Part shown: positions 21,764 through 33,592 of the stretch, in pieces
Numbering within the stretch: position 1 is the first letter of the stretch
How the letters are laid out: every line of letters begins with the position of its first letter
Assembly: GCA_051942245.1 (NCBI GenBank)
Contig: JAVECL010000181.1
Location: 1-39,002, forward strand
DNA length: 39,002 nt
Direction of reading: 5' to 3'
DNA from: Trypethelium eluteriae
Lineage: Eukaryota
Translations under genes and position numbers: made by a program
Notes under the pieces: model-generated
The model's database searches: none
Seen by the model: only the letters and a program-made list of their open reading frames with translations
What the model was told of the DNA's origin: nothing

Positions 21764-23882
21764 ATGGCTTCCATTGCTGTCGGATATCCACCCTCAAATA
21801 TTGTTCTGCCAGGATCTTGCCAGCTACAGAGCGCGTCACTCCCCAAAGACAACTTGACCAATGGGCCGTCGGGCCAAACGATCAATGAACATGCGTCACC
21901 GTTGACTATTGTTGCTGAATGGATTACGAGATTCAATAAGCTATGTAATGGAAACGATGAGACTGTCGAGGCATTGTTCTTGAAGGAATCATATTGGCGC
22001 GACTTGCTTTGCACGAGCTGGGATTTCTGCACAGTCCAAGGTACAGATCGAATATCAAAATTTGTCGGCCAACCTTCCAAGACAGCCGGCATCACAAAGG
22101 TTGACCTGTTCGAGAGCCCTGAGCATATGGTTCCCCAATATGGCACAATCGAAGACGTAGAGGTGGTGCAGGCGTATCTCGGACTGGAGACCCTCAATGG
22201 GACAGGTCAAGGCTATGTATGTTTGATGCGAGACACAATTGATAACGGAAAGTGGAAAGCTTTCACTTTCTTTACCTACTTGGAGTCGCTGGGAGTTCAT
22301 CCAGAAAAGGCGGGCACCCGAAGACCGACGGGGCATGAGCGTGACCCAAACAACGAGCGTCTCAACTGGAAGGAACGACGAAAGGTCGAGCAGAACTTCG
22401 AGGACAATCGTGAACCAACTGTACTCATCCTTGGTAAGTCTTCGATTCATACACTTTCAAATCGGTTCAACTGATGACTCCATGAAAGGTGCCGGACAAG
22501 GTGGTCTTACCCTGGCAGCTCGACTGAAACAGCTTGGCGTCGAAACGCTCATCATCGACAAGATCGCTCGAGTAGGAGGCAATTGGCGGAAAAGTTATCA
22601 CGAGCTTGTCTTACATGACTCGATCTGGTATGACGCGACTTGCTCTAATGAAGGAGCGTTCGCTAACCACTCGAATAGCTTCAACCACATGCCCTATTTA
22701 CCATTCCCCCAAAATTGGCCTGTAAGTAGACGACTTTAGACGTGAACATTAATTGCTAATGACGTTGAAGAGATTCATACCCAAAGACAAGCTCGCGGAT
22801 TGGTTCGAATATTATGCGGGCATCATGGAGCTCAATATATGGACAGGTGCAGAACTTGAAGCCTCACAATGGGATGAGGATTCCAGAAAATGGACGATTA
22901 CCATACATAGAGGGACGGAGAAGGGGATAGAATGCCGTGAGAAAGCTGGTTGTCGCCATTTGAATATTGTCAGCTAAATATCCTTTCAGGCACGCTCCAT
23001 CCCAAGCACATCGTACTAGCCTCCGGGGTAGCAGGCGAGCCATATCTACCCTCAAATATTCCGGGCCTCGAATCTTTCCAAGGCACGCGCTTGATACACT
23101 CGTCGCAGTTTGACGGGCCTGAGCCCAACGGTTCCGGCAAGCGCGCCGTCGTCATAGGATCCTCCAATTCTGCACACGACATCGCACGGGACTATTACGA
23201 ACATGGATATCAGACCACGATGGTTCAACGTAGCAGCACATATGTTGTTACCAGCGATACCCTCGTCGACGTCATGCTGAAAGGGCTTTACGAAGACGAC
23301 GGAATCCATCCTATCGAGGATGCCGACGTGATGAACTTTGCCATCCCGCATCCGGTGATGAAGCGCCTCGAGGTCGGCAGAACGGCAGAAATGGCAAGGC
23401 GAGACCAGCGGCTGTTGAAAGGTCTGACTGATGCTGGGTTTGCAGTGGATAGCGGTCTGGAGGGTTCAGGCCTGTGGATCAAGTATCTCAGCTGTGGAGG
23501 CCGCTGTTATATCGATGTTGGCTGCTCGCAGCTCATCGCGGACAAGAAGATCGCAGTGAAGCAGGAAGTGGAGGTTACAAGGGTGGAACCGCACGCAATT
23601 GTGCTTAGCGATGGCAGTAGATTAGAAGCTGACGAGATAGTCTTTGCGACAGGGTATGGAAATATGCGAGAGAATGCGAGGAAGATTTTCGGGGACCAAC
23701 TGGCAGATAGGGTTGGGGATGTGTGGGGGTTTGATGAGGAGGGGGAGTTGAGGACGATATGGAGACGGAGTGGCCACCCGGGCTTCTGGTTCTTTGGAGG
23801 AAATTTCGCGCTTTGCCGGTTCTATTCCAGGTTATTAGCCCTGCAGATCAAAGCCGTCGAAGCTGGTCTGATGGAGGTCTAG
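21764..23882 (+). CDS. Flavin-containing monooxygenase (class B, with long N-terminal extension)
   Basis: FAD motif ILGAGQGG across intron 1, FMO motif FQGTRLIHSSQF, NADPH motif VIGSSNSAHD, plus VFATGY and GHPGFWFFGG. Introns at 22434-22488, 22628-22678, 22722-22770 and 22937-22989. Confidence 0.93.
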
Positions 23883-24740
23883 ACCGTAAGCTTTAGCGCT
23901 GGAGCCATATCAAACAGCTTGTGGCCAGCGCCTCTATCCTGCTTACGGCAACTGGCAAACTTCAACACTTGTATATTTATGTTATACCTGCTACTATTAG
24001 GTATGTAGAGATGTCACATAGAGCAAAACAATACATGCGAGCCGTTGAGGGACCTCCCACCCATGAATTGCTTTCGTTAAAGTACGATGTCGATGGTCAG
24101 AATACATCGCAATGCCATTAGGTGAAATGAGAACCTCTGGAGTGCAGCTAACAGGTCTCGGTAGGTCAAAAATTGGCGATGAAATTGATTGCCAACGGAC
24201 AAGATCCAAGAGTGATTTCCTTTCTATCCAATTAGATGTATTTGAACGTGGGATGCAACGGTACGTCTAGAGACCATTGACTAAAGCTGCATAGAGTAGG
24301 GCGAGGGAGAGCACCACACACGGCGACGGAATTCTTGACAGGTCACAGAATATGTCTGATACAATAGGACTGCCTTTGCATTTCGTCGGCATCGATCATG
24401 CTAATAGCAAGAGGATTCTCCAGGCCACATGTATGGGGCAGTGAGTTGAGTGCACTTGCCGGTCAGGCAGTCGGCGTCAGCCGTTTACCATTGAAGTTTT
24501 TGGATCTTAGATCAAATGCTGCAGTCTAGCCTTTGCGGAGAATCCTCATTTGCCATTGGGGTAATTAAGCTACGGAACGCCAATTGAGACGTGTATACTC
24601 ACTAAATGAAAAAGAAAACGGGTTCATTCGCAGGTCGTTGTGAACTTAGTCAAACGGAAGAACAAAGCCGCAAACAATGTCATCATTCGGCCTCGACTTC
24701 TCTTTCTCTTCAGCATTTTCCGTACTAAAATCCACATTGT

Positions 24741-26318
24741 TCAAAGCCATTTTGGATTTGCTGGGTCGGAAAAATCGTAGATGACAGAGGAATGCGGTTT
24801 CGCACCACCCCTATTCTCGAAATCCTTCTGGAAATCGATGCTCCTGTTGAAAGACAAAGACCCGTCAGGATTGATATCAATGTATTGCGCCTTATAGTCT
24901 GCAGGCGTGTTGATAAGCCCGATGTCGCCGGTTTGCAAGAAGTAGTCCGTGACGACTAGGTGCTGCTGATCGGGAGTGACCTTGACGTAGTGGGGTCCAG
25001 TGATAGGCTGATCCTCATCCGGATCATCGAGGCGCTTGGGGTTGTTGATGTCTGAGATGTCAAGGGTAGCAACATGATTGCCAGTAGTATAGGTGACTGC
25101 GGTTGCGTGAGATGGATATTGGAGTAAGACACGACTTGTGGCTTGGCTTTACTTACAATAAGCGTATTTGCCATCTTCTGTAATGTCGCTGAAAATCGCC
25201 ACAGTGTCACGGGCTTTATCTCCTAGGTCATAATACAGCTCTGCCGTGCCTTGATTGCCATTGGCATCTTTCTTGAAGGGATAGATGATCCAAACCTGGC
25301 CGAGATGCACAGCTGTAGCCAGAGCAGCAGAGTCAGGGTTGCCAGGAATGAACTTGACGTCTTGAATTCCACCACCCTAACGCTAGTCAGCTCCGTTACT
25401 TCGACCTTAAGGAAGAGGGAGGGCGGTAGCTCACATTGGGAATGGTGATGGTGTTGATAATTGTTCGGCTTGGCAGATCCCAGAGTCGAAGAGTATTGGC
25501 GTGCACAATTTCTACGCTAGGCTTTAGAATGGTGATTGGTGATACAAAGTCCGAGGTGAGAATGATATTCTTGTCCCAATCAATGGAAAGACCGTGGGGA
25601 TCAAATTGCTGATCAAGAACACTCAAGACGCCTGGTACATCCTCAGGATACGGGTGAATAATGTTGTAATTGGCATCGGTTTCAACTAGACGACCTGGCG
25701 AGGTGCCAACTGCTGAGCCCATATAAGTAAAGAAGAAGCCACCATCGGGCTTGGCGCGAACCTCATCAGCGATGGAAGAAAGGGTTGCAATATCGGACTT
25801 CTTGTAGGCGGGGTTGTAGACATCAGAGACATCAAAGTAATACCCTGTGTTTTGAGTCTTAAGAAGCGATAGTAAGCCGCCACCCCAAAGCACTGTGCCA
25901 TCATGAGAGGCACCTGGTAACCATCAGTACTCCGAGCACGATATTGAAGAGATCACTCACCAAGATGATGGGGACTATTTCCGGAGGTTGGCAGGTCAAC
26001 TACACGGAGTAGAGTACCAAAGGTGTCATCATCCAAGCTATAGGAGGCCAAGAAATCCGCATGCTCGTTGTCACCTGCGCCGGCGAAGAAAAAGCCTATC
26101 TTCTTAGGCTTGATCTCGCTTGGTGTATAATTTGGGTCAGGATCAGGCAATGGAGGGGTGGGTGGCTGAAGAATAATCCCAGGTGGCAAAGATGTGCCGA
26201 GAGGTTCAGTCACACCGGGGATTGATGGAATTGAAGGAATTGAAACTTGAGGTTTGGGGTTTGGACTCGCCGCCGTCACTCCTAGAAGAAGTGCAATGCT
26301 AAGTTGCTTGAAATCCAT
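24741..26318 (-). CDS. Secreted selenium-binding protein (SBP56) / methanethiol-oxidase-like beta-propeller
   Basis: Signal peptide MDFKQLSIALLLGVTAA and a Pro-rich linker. Motifs DFLASYSLDDDTFG...PTSGNSPHH, DPHGLSID, LRLWDL, GPHYVKVTPD, TDYF, IDF...GGAKPH. Introns at 25960-25914, 25434-25377 and 25156-25097. Confidence 0.8.
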
Positions 26319-28448
26319 GGTTTCGAGCCACGACAAAACGTTCAGCGAAGCTAGTTGTTATTATTCGGCGCTACGAGAAATGTGAGATATAATCGGTATT
26401 TGTTTGTTCGGGTATTTTGAAGAGCCGAGGAAGTTTGGATTAGGCCGAAAGATCATTGGCTCGAGGAAGAAGAAAAAGCATCCCATGAAGGAAAGAATGT
26501 GGAGTTGTATGCGCCTTCTCCTGGGCCAGGGGGTCCAATTCTTCGTCAGACTACTGGAAATGGTATAACAACCTGCAGAGTTCTTCCAGAGGCGGAGTGA
26601 CTGGGACAGTATTGGATATCTCAAGCTGCCCCGGCAATGCAGCTAATCTAGCATTCCAAATAGCTGATCAAAAGTCCGGGGGTCCTACGCCCTTGGGACT
26701 TCGAGAGCGTATCTTTGGGCAATACTGCTTTGTGAATGATATCCATGTGCATGATTCTACCGCGGCCTTGACTAGGGAATAGAGGATAAATCAGATAGAC
26801 TGGAAAGATAATGGAACACGCCCTTTCTGACTTTCGTCCTCGGCGCGATATTGAATAATTTGTTGTTCGAGTAACGTGCATGCAGAAAAGATCTTCCAAG
26901 AAAGCAATGACGCCAATGGCCAGGCAGATTAGACATCTTCAGAATGGTAGTACTCGTACATAGTCACATCTCCGAGGGTGTGACGGTTCTACTGGCGTGC
27001 ATGCCCACTTATCAATGCTGATATAGATAAAGCAGTGCTTAACCAGGGAAAGAGTTTCCAAGTTGAGAAGTGAGGCCGAAAAGACAAATCTGGACGTCTT
27101 CTGCAACGAAGAGGCCCCTATTATTCGAGGAGTGCGCCATGATGAATATGGCATATTGGCAATCCAAAATGCGTTGCTTTGCCTCCGGCTCTTTGGCTTT
27201 CCAGCAGTTCGAGACTCTTGCAAGCAGTTCAGCTACCTTCCCTAAAGCGATGGGCATGGCCTCGACAAGGCTGTAAAGCCTTGCTTTTGATCCCGCTAAA
27301 ACGGGTTGTCCGGTTAAGCACTGTACAGTCTCACTGCGTTTTCGCTCAACGCCAACGTCGTGACCAGCGTTTATTCTTCCGATAGAACACATGAAAGGTG
27401 GTCGACTTTAGCTCACCGAGGTGAAAGTCCCGGAAGCACATCTTCCACTGACGCGTCGCCTAATCCGGCCATCAACTCTAGGTGCCTACTCCGAATTGGA
27501 AACAAAGATCGACGTGCCAAGGAAACCAATCTCTCCCCTGCAGATTACGTCTTCAAGACTAGAGATGACTCCATGCAATCAAGATAATGGGGGATTGGCT
27601 TCAAAACTCCCCTGTCAGCGCCACATTTCGCAGCGAGGTGGACGTCTGGACGTTGCGGCTTAGTAAATGATCTTACTTCGTCGGGCCTGGGTTAACGTCG
27701 AAATTTGGCGAGTAGAAGAGCCTGGGACAAACAGTGTTACAGCTCGAGCGCGATAGGCTTTGACTTTACAATACTTGCGGTGCCTTCAGTTCCTTCGCAC
27801 TTATGTTGTTATGTGCTTGAGTTAGAGTAAGGTTAAGTTTAAGGTTTTAGTAGGGTCGATTTATAATGCCACCGCCGGGGTGGGCCGAATCCGTCCCCTG
27901 TCTTAGTTACCAACCACCGAACGTTGAAGCGCAGATGGCGATCACGGCGATCATGACGATCATGATCAGAGCTTCGAGACTCTACCACCTATGTACTTCA
28001 CCTACTTCTTCTTACCCCACGGCGAAAATGGCGATTGCGATCTCCACACAGAAATAAGGAATATCCGTTAGGCTGCTAGCGGACAGCCTAGGTCCTCATC
28101 CTCTTAGGCAGCCTCCCGCATTGGCCTTATATACGCCATTATGCCAAGAGAATTCGCCATCGCCCTTGTCGACCGTTGCGCCCTGTGAGCCGGTCGTGGT
28201 CCCAAGGTTGGCGTCTCTCGATAATCCCTCGATATCCTCTTCGGAGGAAAAGGCATCACTCCATCGCCGCCAGCAGCGAAAACGGAGTGAGAATTTAGAA
28301 AGGCCGCCAAGCTAGAAGCCATGGCGCCGATGATGCAAGAAAGCCATCGCCGCGCGCGTCGACGCTTGAGAGTATATTGGAGGTCGAAGCCCTGACAATT
28401 GGCTATTGCAACGATACATTGTACTTTGACCTTTGAACTGTAGCGAGA

Positions 28449-29835
28449 ATGCGACTTTCCTCGTTGTTGACTCAGGCAATCTCCTTGGGAGTTGTTGATC
28501 TTGTGGGAGCGGTTCCTTCTGCACGCTCTCACAGTTTACCCTCACAGCCAGGATCAAAACATCTGCGACCCATCATAGCTCGCCGCGATACACCTGGCTT
28601 TGCTCAAGGACAACCGTATGATGGCAAGGGCAAAGGCGGACCACTGAATGGTACCTAAATCCACCGCTCCATGTCCTTATCTCGACTGACAGTTATAGGC
28701 GGAACGAACAAGGCGCTAGACCTCCTGAATCCCGCCAATCTTGGGCAAGAAGCTACAGACGCCGGCACAGTGGTCAATCTCAAATGGAGTTTTTCTGATT
28801 CGCACACAAGAATTTTGAACCGAGGCTGGGTTCGAGAGCAAGTTATCACGGATCTTCCGGCTAGCAATGACATCGCGGGCGCGCAGCAGCACCTCGAGAA
28901 AGGCGCTCTCCGAGAGTTGCACTGGCACAGGGTAGCTGAATGGGGGTTCGTTTACAAAGGTCAAATCAGTGTCTTCGCCGTCGACGAGGAGGGCCGCAAC
29001 CAATACGAGACTCTGAATGAAGGCGACATCTGGTACTTCCCGAAGGGCGAGGCCCACGGCGTACAAGGTCTAGCTGACCAGAATGAGTATCTTCTCATCT
29101 TCGATGACGGTAATTTTGACGCCACGGGCACGACCTTCATGGTTGATGACTGGATAACCCACACACCTAAAGATATCCTAGCCAAGAACTTCGGAGTTAA
29201 TCCATCAATTTTCGACACGGTGCCCAGCCCAGATCCTTATATTCTCAACGCAAATGTCAGCACGGAAGGCGTATCCTCTCCCTACGGCACACTTTCGGGG
29301 AACAGCTCGTACGTCTTTCACGCCAGTAAAAGCCCCGCCACCCAGGCCCCCGGTGGTGGAGGAACGATCAAAATTGTCGATTCCCGCAATTTTCCCGTCG
29401 CAACGACCATCGTTGCAGCCATCGTGACCCTCGAGCCTGGAGCCCTGCGAGAGCTGCATTGGCATCCCAACGTGAGTTGATTCGCTGCTACCTGAAGCAT
29501 GCCACTAACGAGTAGTCCAGGCCGAAGAGTGGCTTTACTTTGTCTCCGGTGATGCGCGGGCAACCGTCTTCATTGGTGGTGCGGCGGCGCGCACTTTTGA
29601 CTTCACGGCTGGTGACACGGCGGTATTCCCAGACAACGCTGGCCATTATGTGGAGAATCGATCAAATAGCACCAGACTGCAGTGGATTGAGATTTACAAG
29701 AGCGATTGTGTTGTTGATATCAGCCTCACCCAGTGGCTGGCACTCACGCCGGCACCCATTGTTGCGAGCACGTTGAAAATTCCAGAGAGTGTGGTGAAAG
29801 GGTTGAAGAAGGAGAAGCAGTTGATCATTGCGTAA
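28449..29835 (+). CDS. Secreted Mn bicupin of the oxalate decarboxylase / oxalate oxidase family
   Basis: Signal peptide and two RELHWH...EW cupin Mn motifs. Also GDIWYFPKGEAHGVQG, GHYVEN and DISLTQWLALTP. Introns at 28651-28698 and 29472-29520. Confidence 0.95.
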
Positions 29836-30336
29836 GGTGGAGATCTCCCCAGAAGCCTCATCCGCTCCGATTGCCATAACAAACGAGGTATCGTATAACG
29901 CAAGAGTCGGCACGATTCTCTCCCGGATCTCGCAAGCTTTGTTCCGAGATGCCTGGACCACACATTGGTATTTTCCCCGTCTGATTCGGCGCAGATGAGT
30001 CGACATGACACTGTAAAGCAGACTAAGAGATAAATATTTGGCGGCGTACTTTGATTGTATGCCTCACTCTGATACTGTTGTAACCCACAACTGAACTCGA
30101 CTAACTGAGAACTAGGTCAATTCAACTGACTCATCTTACTCCATTGCGCTTATCTCACCCTAGACTCTGAATTACATAGTTTTGGTACGTTGCAATGCAC
30201 AATATTCAGCATGGTAATGAATGATCTATCCGCCCTGATAATTCGTCAATGTTTTCGTGATGCTCATATTGCGCTGAATCGGGTGCCAGTCTGTGGTCAT
30301 CCAAGATTGATCGTTCTGTGGATCCTGAAGGTTTGG

Positions 30337-32711
30337 CTAACGACCAGTCATGCCGTACAGGTCCTCATCGCTATAGCTAAGCGGATCCTGCGAAGCACCT
30401 GCCAGGGCAGTATTCTCAAGAAAACCTTGGGCATCATCGGGCGGTGGGTCATTCCCTTCTAATCGAAGTCGTTTAGGACTCAGCGATACCGCACGGGTCT
30501 TTACCGCAATGAGTGGATCTTTCTCATCAAATGACCGTTTCCGGCAATCACTTCCAAGCTGCCTTGGATACGCTGCGGCTTTCTTTGCTGCATCTTGTGC
30601 GAGCCTGTCCCTGAATATCTCATCTAGAAAGTCATCTGGATCTTTACTGTCGTTTTCCTTGCTTGGTAACTCATGGCCAATCCGCCACTTGCTTGGCACG
30701 AACCCATTGATCTTTCCGTAAGTAATCTTCAGGTCTTCTGGCCACTGGTCCGGGTACAGCCTAGTTTCCCTCAAATGATCCTGTATCGCGTCCCGTAGAT
30801 CCCGGGGCGTTGGTCGTTTGGTAGGGTTAAAGCTCATACATCTCTCAAGTAAGTCTCTCAAATCTTTGCTATACGCCCAGTCTTGGTACGAATAAAGGTT
30901 TTGGTAGTCTTTGGACTCAGGTTCCCTCCTCATCTTTCTCACCAGCTCTGGAGTCAGCCTTGGAGGTAAAGAGTGGCCTAGAGCCAGTGCCCATACTGTC
31001 AGACCAGTTGCCCATATGTTTGTCCGAGAGTCGAACCGCATCTGGTGTTTGTCTTCTTCGACACGCGCACTTTTGGCTTGACGTAATCCTTCAATTTGCT
31101 CTGGGGCTCTCCATCCTCTGGTGCCTGGTCCAATATACTCCTCGGGGTTATGCTCGTCCTGGTCGTTCGTGAGAACGGAAATACCAAAGTCACCTAACCT
31201 CGGAGTGTGATAGTTAGGCCACTCTTCGCTTGGCTCGTCGAAATAGATGTTGAGTGGCTTGATATCCCTGTGTACCACCTCTTTTCCAACCTGGCGCTTT
31301 GGAATAGTCTTCAATGCTTGACATGCCTCGGCTAGTCTTAACAACACGTACCATAGAAAGGGCTCGGGTAGATTTTCTTTCCTGATACCAAGAGCATCTG
31401 ATTTCGATTTCGAAGTTCGAGCCTTTTCCCAGGACTTGTTGTGCATACTAAAGTGGTACAAGTCGCCATATGGGCAAAAGTCTAAGTATATTCGGAAAGC
31501 CTCTCTTTGCATGTATACGGTGTCAGATCGATAGCCCACCAATGCGGAGGGTTTCTCAGTGTTGAGGATTCTGTGGACTATCGCCTCTTGGGGAATTCTC
31601 AAAGCCGATGGCCCATACCACAAGAAAGGTTGGTTCCAGAAGTGGTTCAAGTTATGCCCTTCTACAGAGGCGTGTTCCTTGGCAACTTCTTTGACTACCA
31701 TTCTCTGCATCATCATCAGTCGGCCCGTATGCGTTTTAACGATAAATCTGATTACTTACGTCTACAATATTATTCTTCTCATCAAGCGATACCCATAACC
31801 CAACGAGACCAAATCCGCCTTGTCCCAGAAAAGTTACAGCTTGCCAGTTTTGGCCGGTGGCATCGGGGTTCCCATGATGCGAAGCCGAATGTTCTGACCA
31901 AAAGCTTTCCCTACGTTTTTTCTGAGTTGCTGGACTGGGGGGCTCTAAGATATGTCTCGAGGTTAGCAATCTTGCTCCACGCAGACGATTGACCCTCCAA
32001 GCGTCGAACTTACGTGAATGCCATATTGGAAGGTGGTTGCAGAATCGACATTGCGTATCTATATCTTCAACAGTCCTGTTTCTGTCGTTGTTGCAAAGCC
32101 ACTGACAGGTATACACTTCCACACCGTTCTCATACGCTGAGAAGCACTGATCACAGCGCCGTTTACCACCGGAGGTGCACGACAACTTTTCCACCCTGCA
32201 TCGTCGGCACCCTTCCGCATTGTACCATTTGCATCCTTCGCACGTCTCTGGAATATCGGGCACTGCAACAAACACACACTGTTCACAAAGTTGTCGACAG
32301 GACTGGGGCACTTGAGAGGGAGCCGAGCCATGCGAAGTCCTACATTGCAAACACATATGGCCTGGAAGGTCAAAACTGCAACTATCATTGTCCGAGGCGC
32401 GGCATTTCTGACACATCCGTCGCCCTGAGAACCAAGCTTGATCTGTCTGCCACATACCACTCAAATAGGCAGTTTTCTGTTCGTCCCCATAACCATCCCA
32501 GACGTCTTCGAGGAACGCTTTCTGCGTCTGCCGATTGTCTTGGAATCGCAGTCAGAAACACGCCAGCTGAATTTAATGGTTTAGAGTAGAGCTCACTCGT
32601 TTTCTTCCTTGCCCACCTGTCTTTCCATACCCTTTTCTCTTGCTTGACAAAGAGGACCCTTTGCCGCAACGCTTCTCTCTCTTCGTCTGCAATCTGCGGC
32701 TTTCGCATCAT
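30337..32711 (-). CDS. Ser/Thr protein kinase (NEK/NimA-like fungal subfamily) with a Cys-rich N-terminal region; start uncertain
   Basis: Introns 32596-32539 and 31759-31705 join three ORFs in frame. Motifs LGQGGFG, RMVVKE, YLDFCPYGDL, LPEPFLW, VHRDIKPLN, LGDFG, GTRGWRAPEQ and TNIWATG, so the catalytic residues are intact. Confidence 0.88.
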
Positions 32712-33592
32712 TTCGGCTGTCTAACAGTACCAGGACAGCAGCGTTGACATTAGCGGGAGATGCGACTCTGATGAAGGGCTCAATAGATCGCTTTTGGTGG
32801 AGTGTTGTCGGAAAAGGTTCTGTCTCACGGATGCGTACGACTTCTTTGTCGACATCGTGTGCAGATTTGCTCTCGATACAATGTTCCGCATCCGGAGTAT
32901 CGACGGGAAGCAAGATTTTGTTTGTTTGGGCCTGATTTGGATGCGTGAACAAAGGAGTACAAGGCCTGCAAGCTTTGAAAAGTCGCAAACAACAGAAGGA
33001 GCCCCTTGAGAAATTACTACTCATTGAGCAAACTTGCCCGATCTTCAGGTCATCACAAATAAGGGACGAAATACTTACCCGTGCTCTATTACTCCGCACG
33101 TGTAAACCCAAAACTTATACCCAATCTAGAGCTACCTCCCCCCATACATACGAGTGTTTCGTTGCAGCGCACTCAAACTTTTTATGATCTTTCCATTCCG
33201 TGCAGTGAGCCTCGGTCACAAGCATGTCTCGAGCGGGATCTTCGGGAGACTCGCAACCTCAGACTTCCATGGGCTTGGTTCTTGCCTGGGTACCTACATG
33301 TTATCCGTATATTTGTTAAAGCCAGTTTCATAAAGAGAAGGTGCGAGAAATATTGGCAAGAAATTTCTGCAAGTGTCATTGGTATCAGTTAAAATGCCTG
33401 ATGGGCGAGCTGCATTGCTGCGTGAGGTCTATTATCATAGCCATGTCTCTTCAACAAAGCCTCCTTAGTCCGTTTTCGTAAGCCGCGTCCTCAAACTCCA
33501 CGAACACCTCGCTACGGAAATTTGATGCAGTACGAAACAGTACAGTGTTAGTATCAAAAGTCGGTCCTTCGGCCCTTCATGAACTTCGAAAC

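Noticed and set aside
27936..28090. Short 9-bp repeat (GGCGATCAY-like, ~3 copies) and a 7-bp hairpin TAGGCTG...CAGCCTA
   Set aside because: Too short to tell apart from chance.
17210..32711. Idea that the 30-32 kb kinase is a RIPK3-like activator of the HeLo-pseudokinase
   Set aside because: They are 11 kb apart with four unrelated genes between and share no visible interaction motif. Proximity alone is insufficient.
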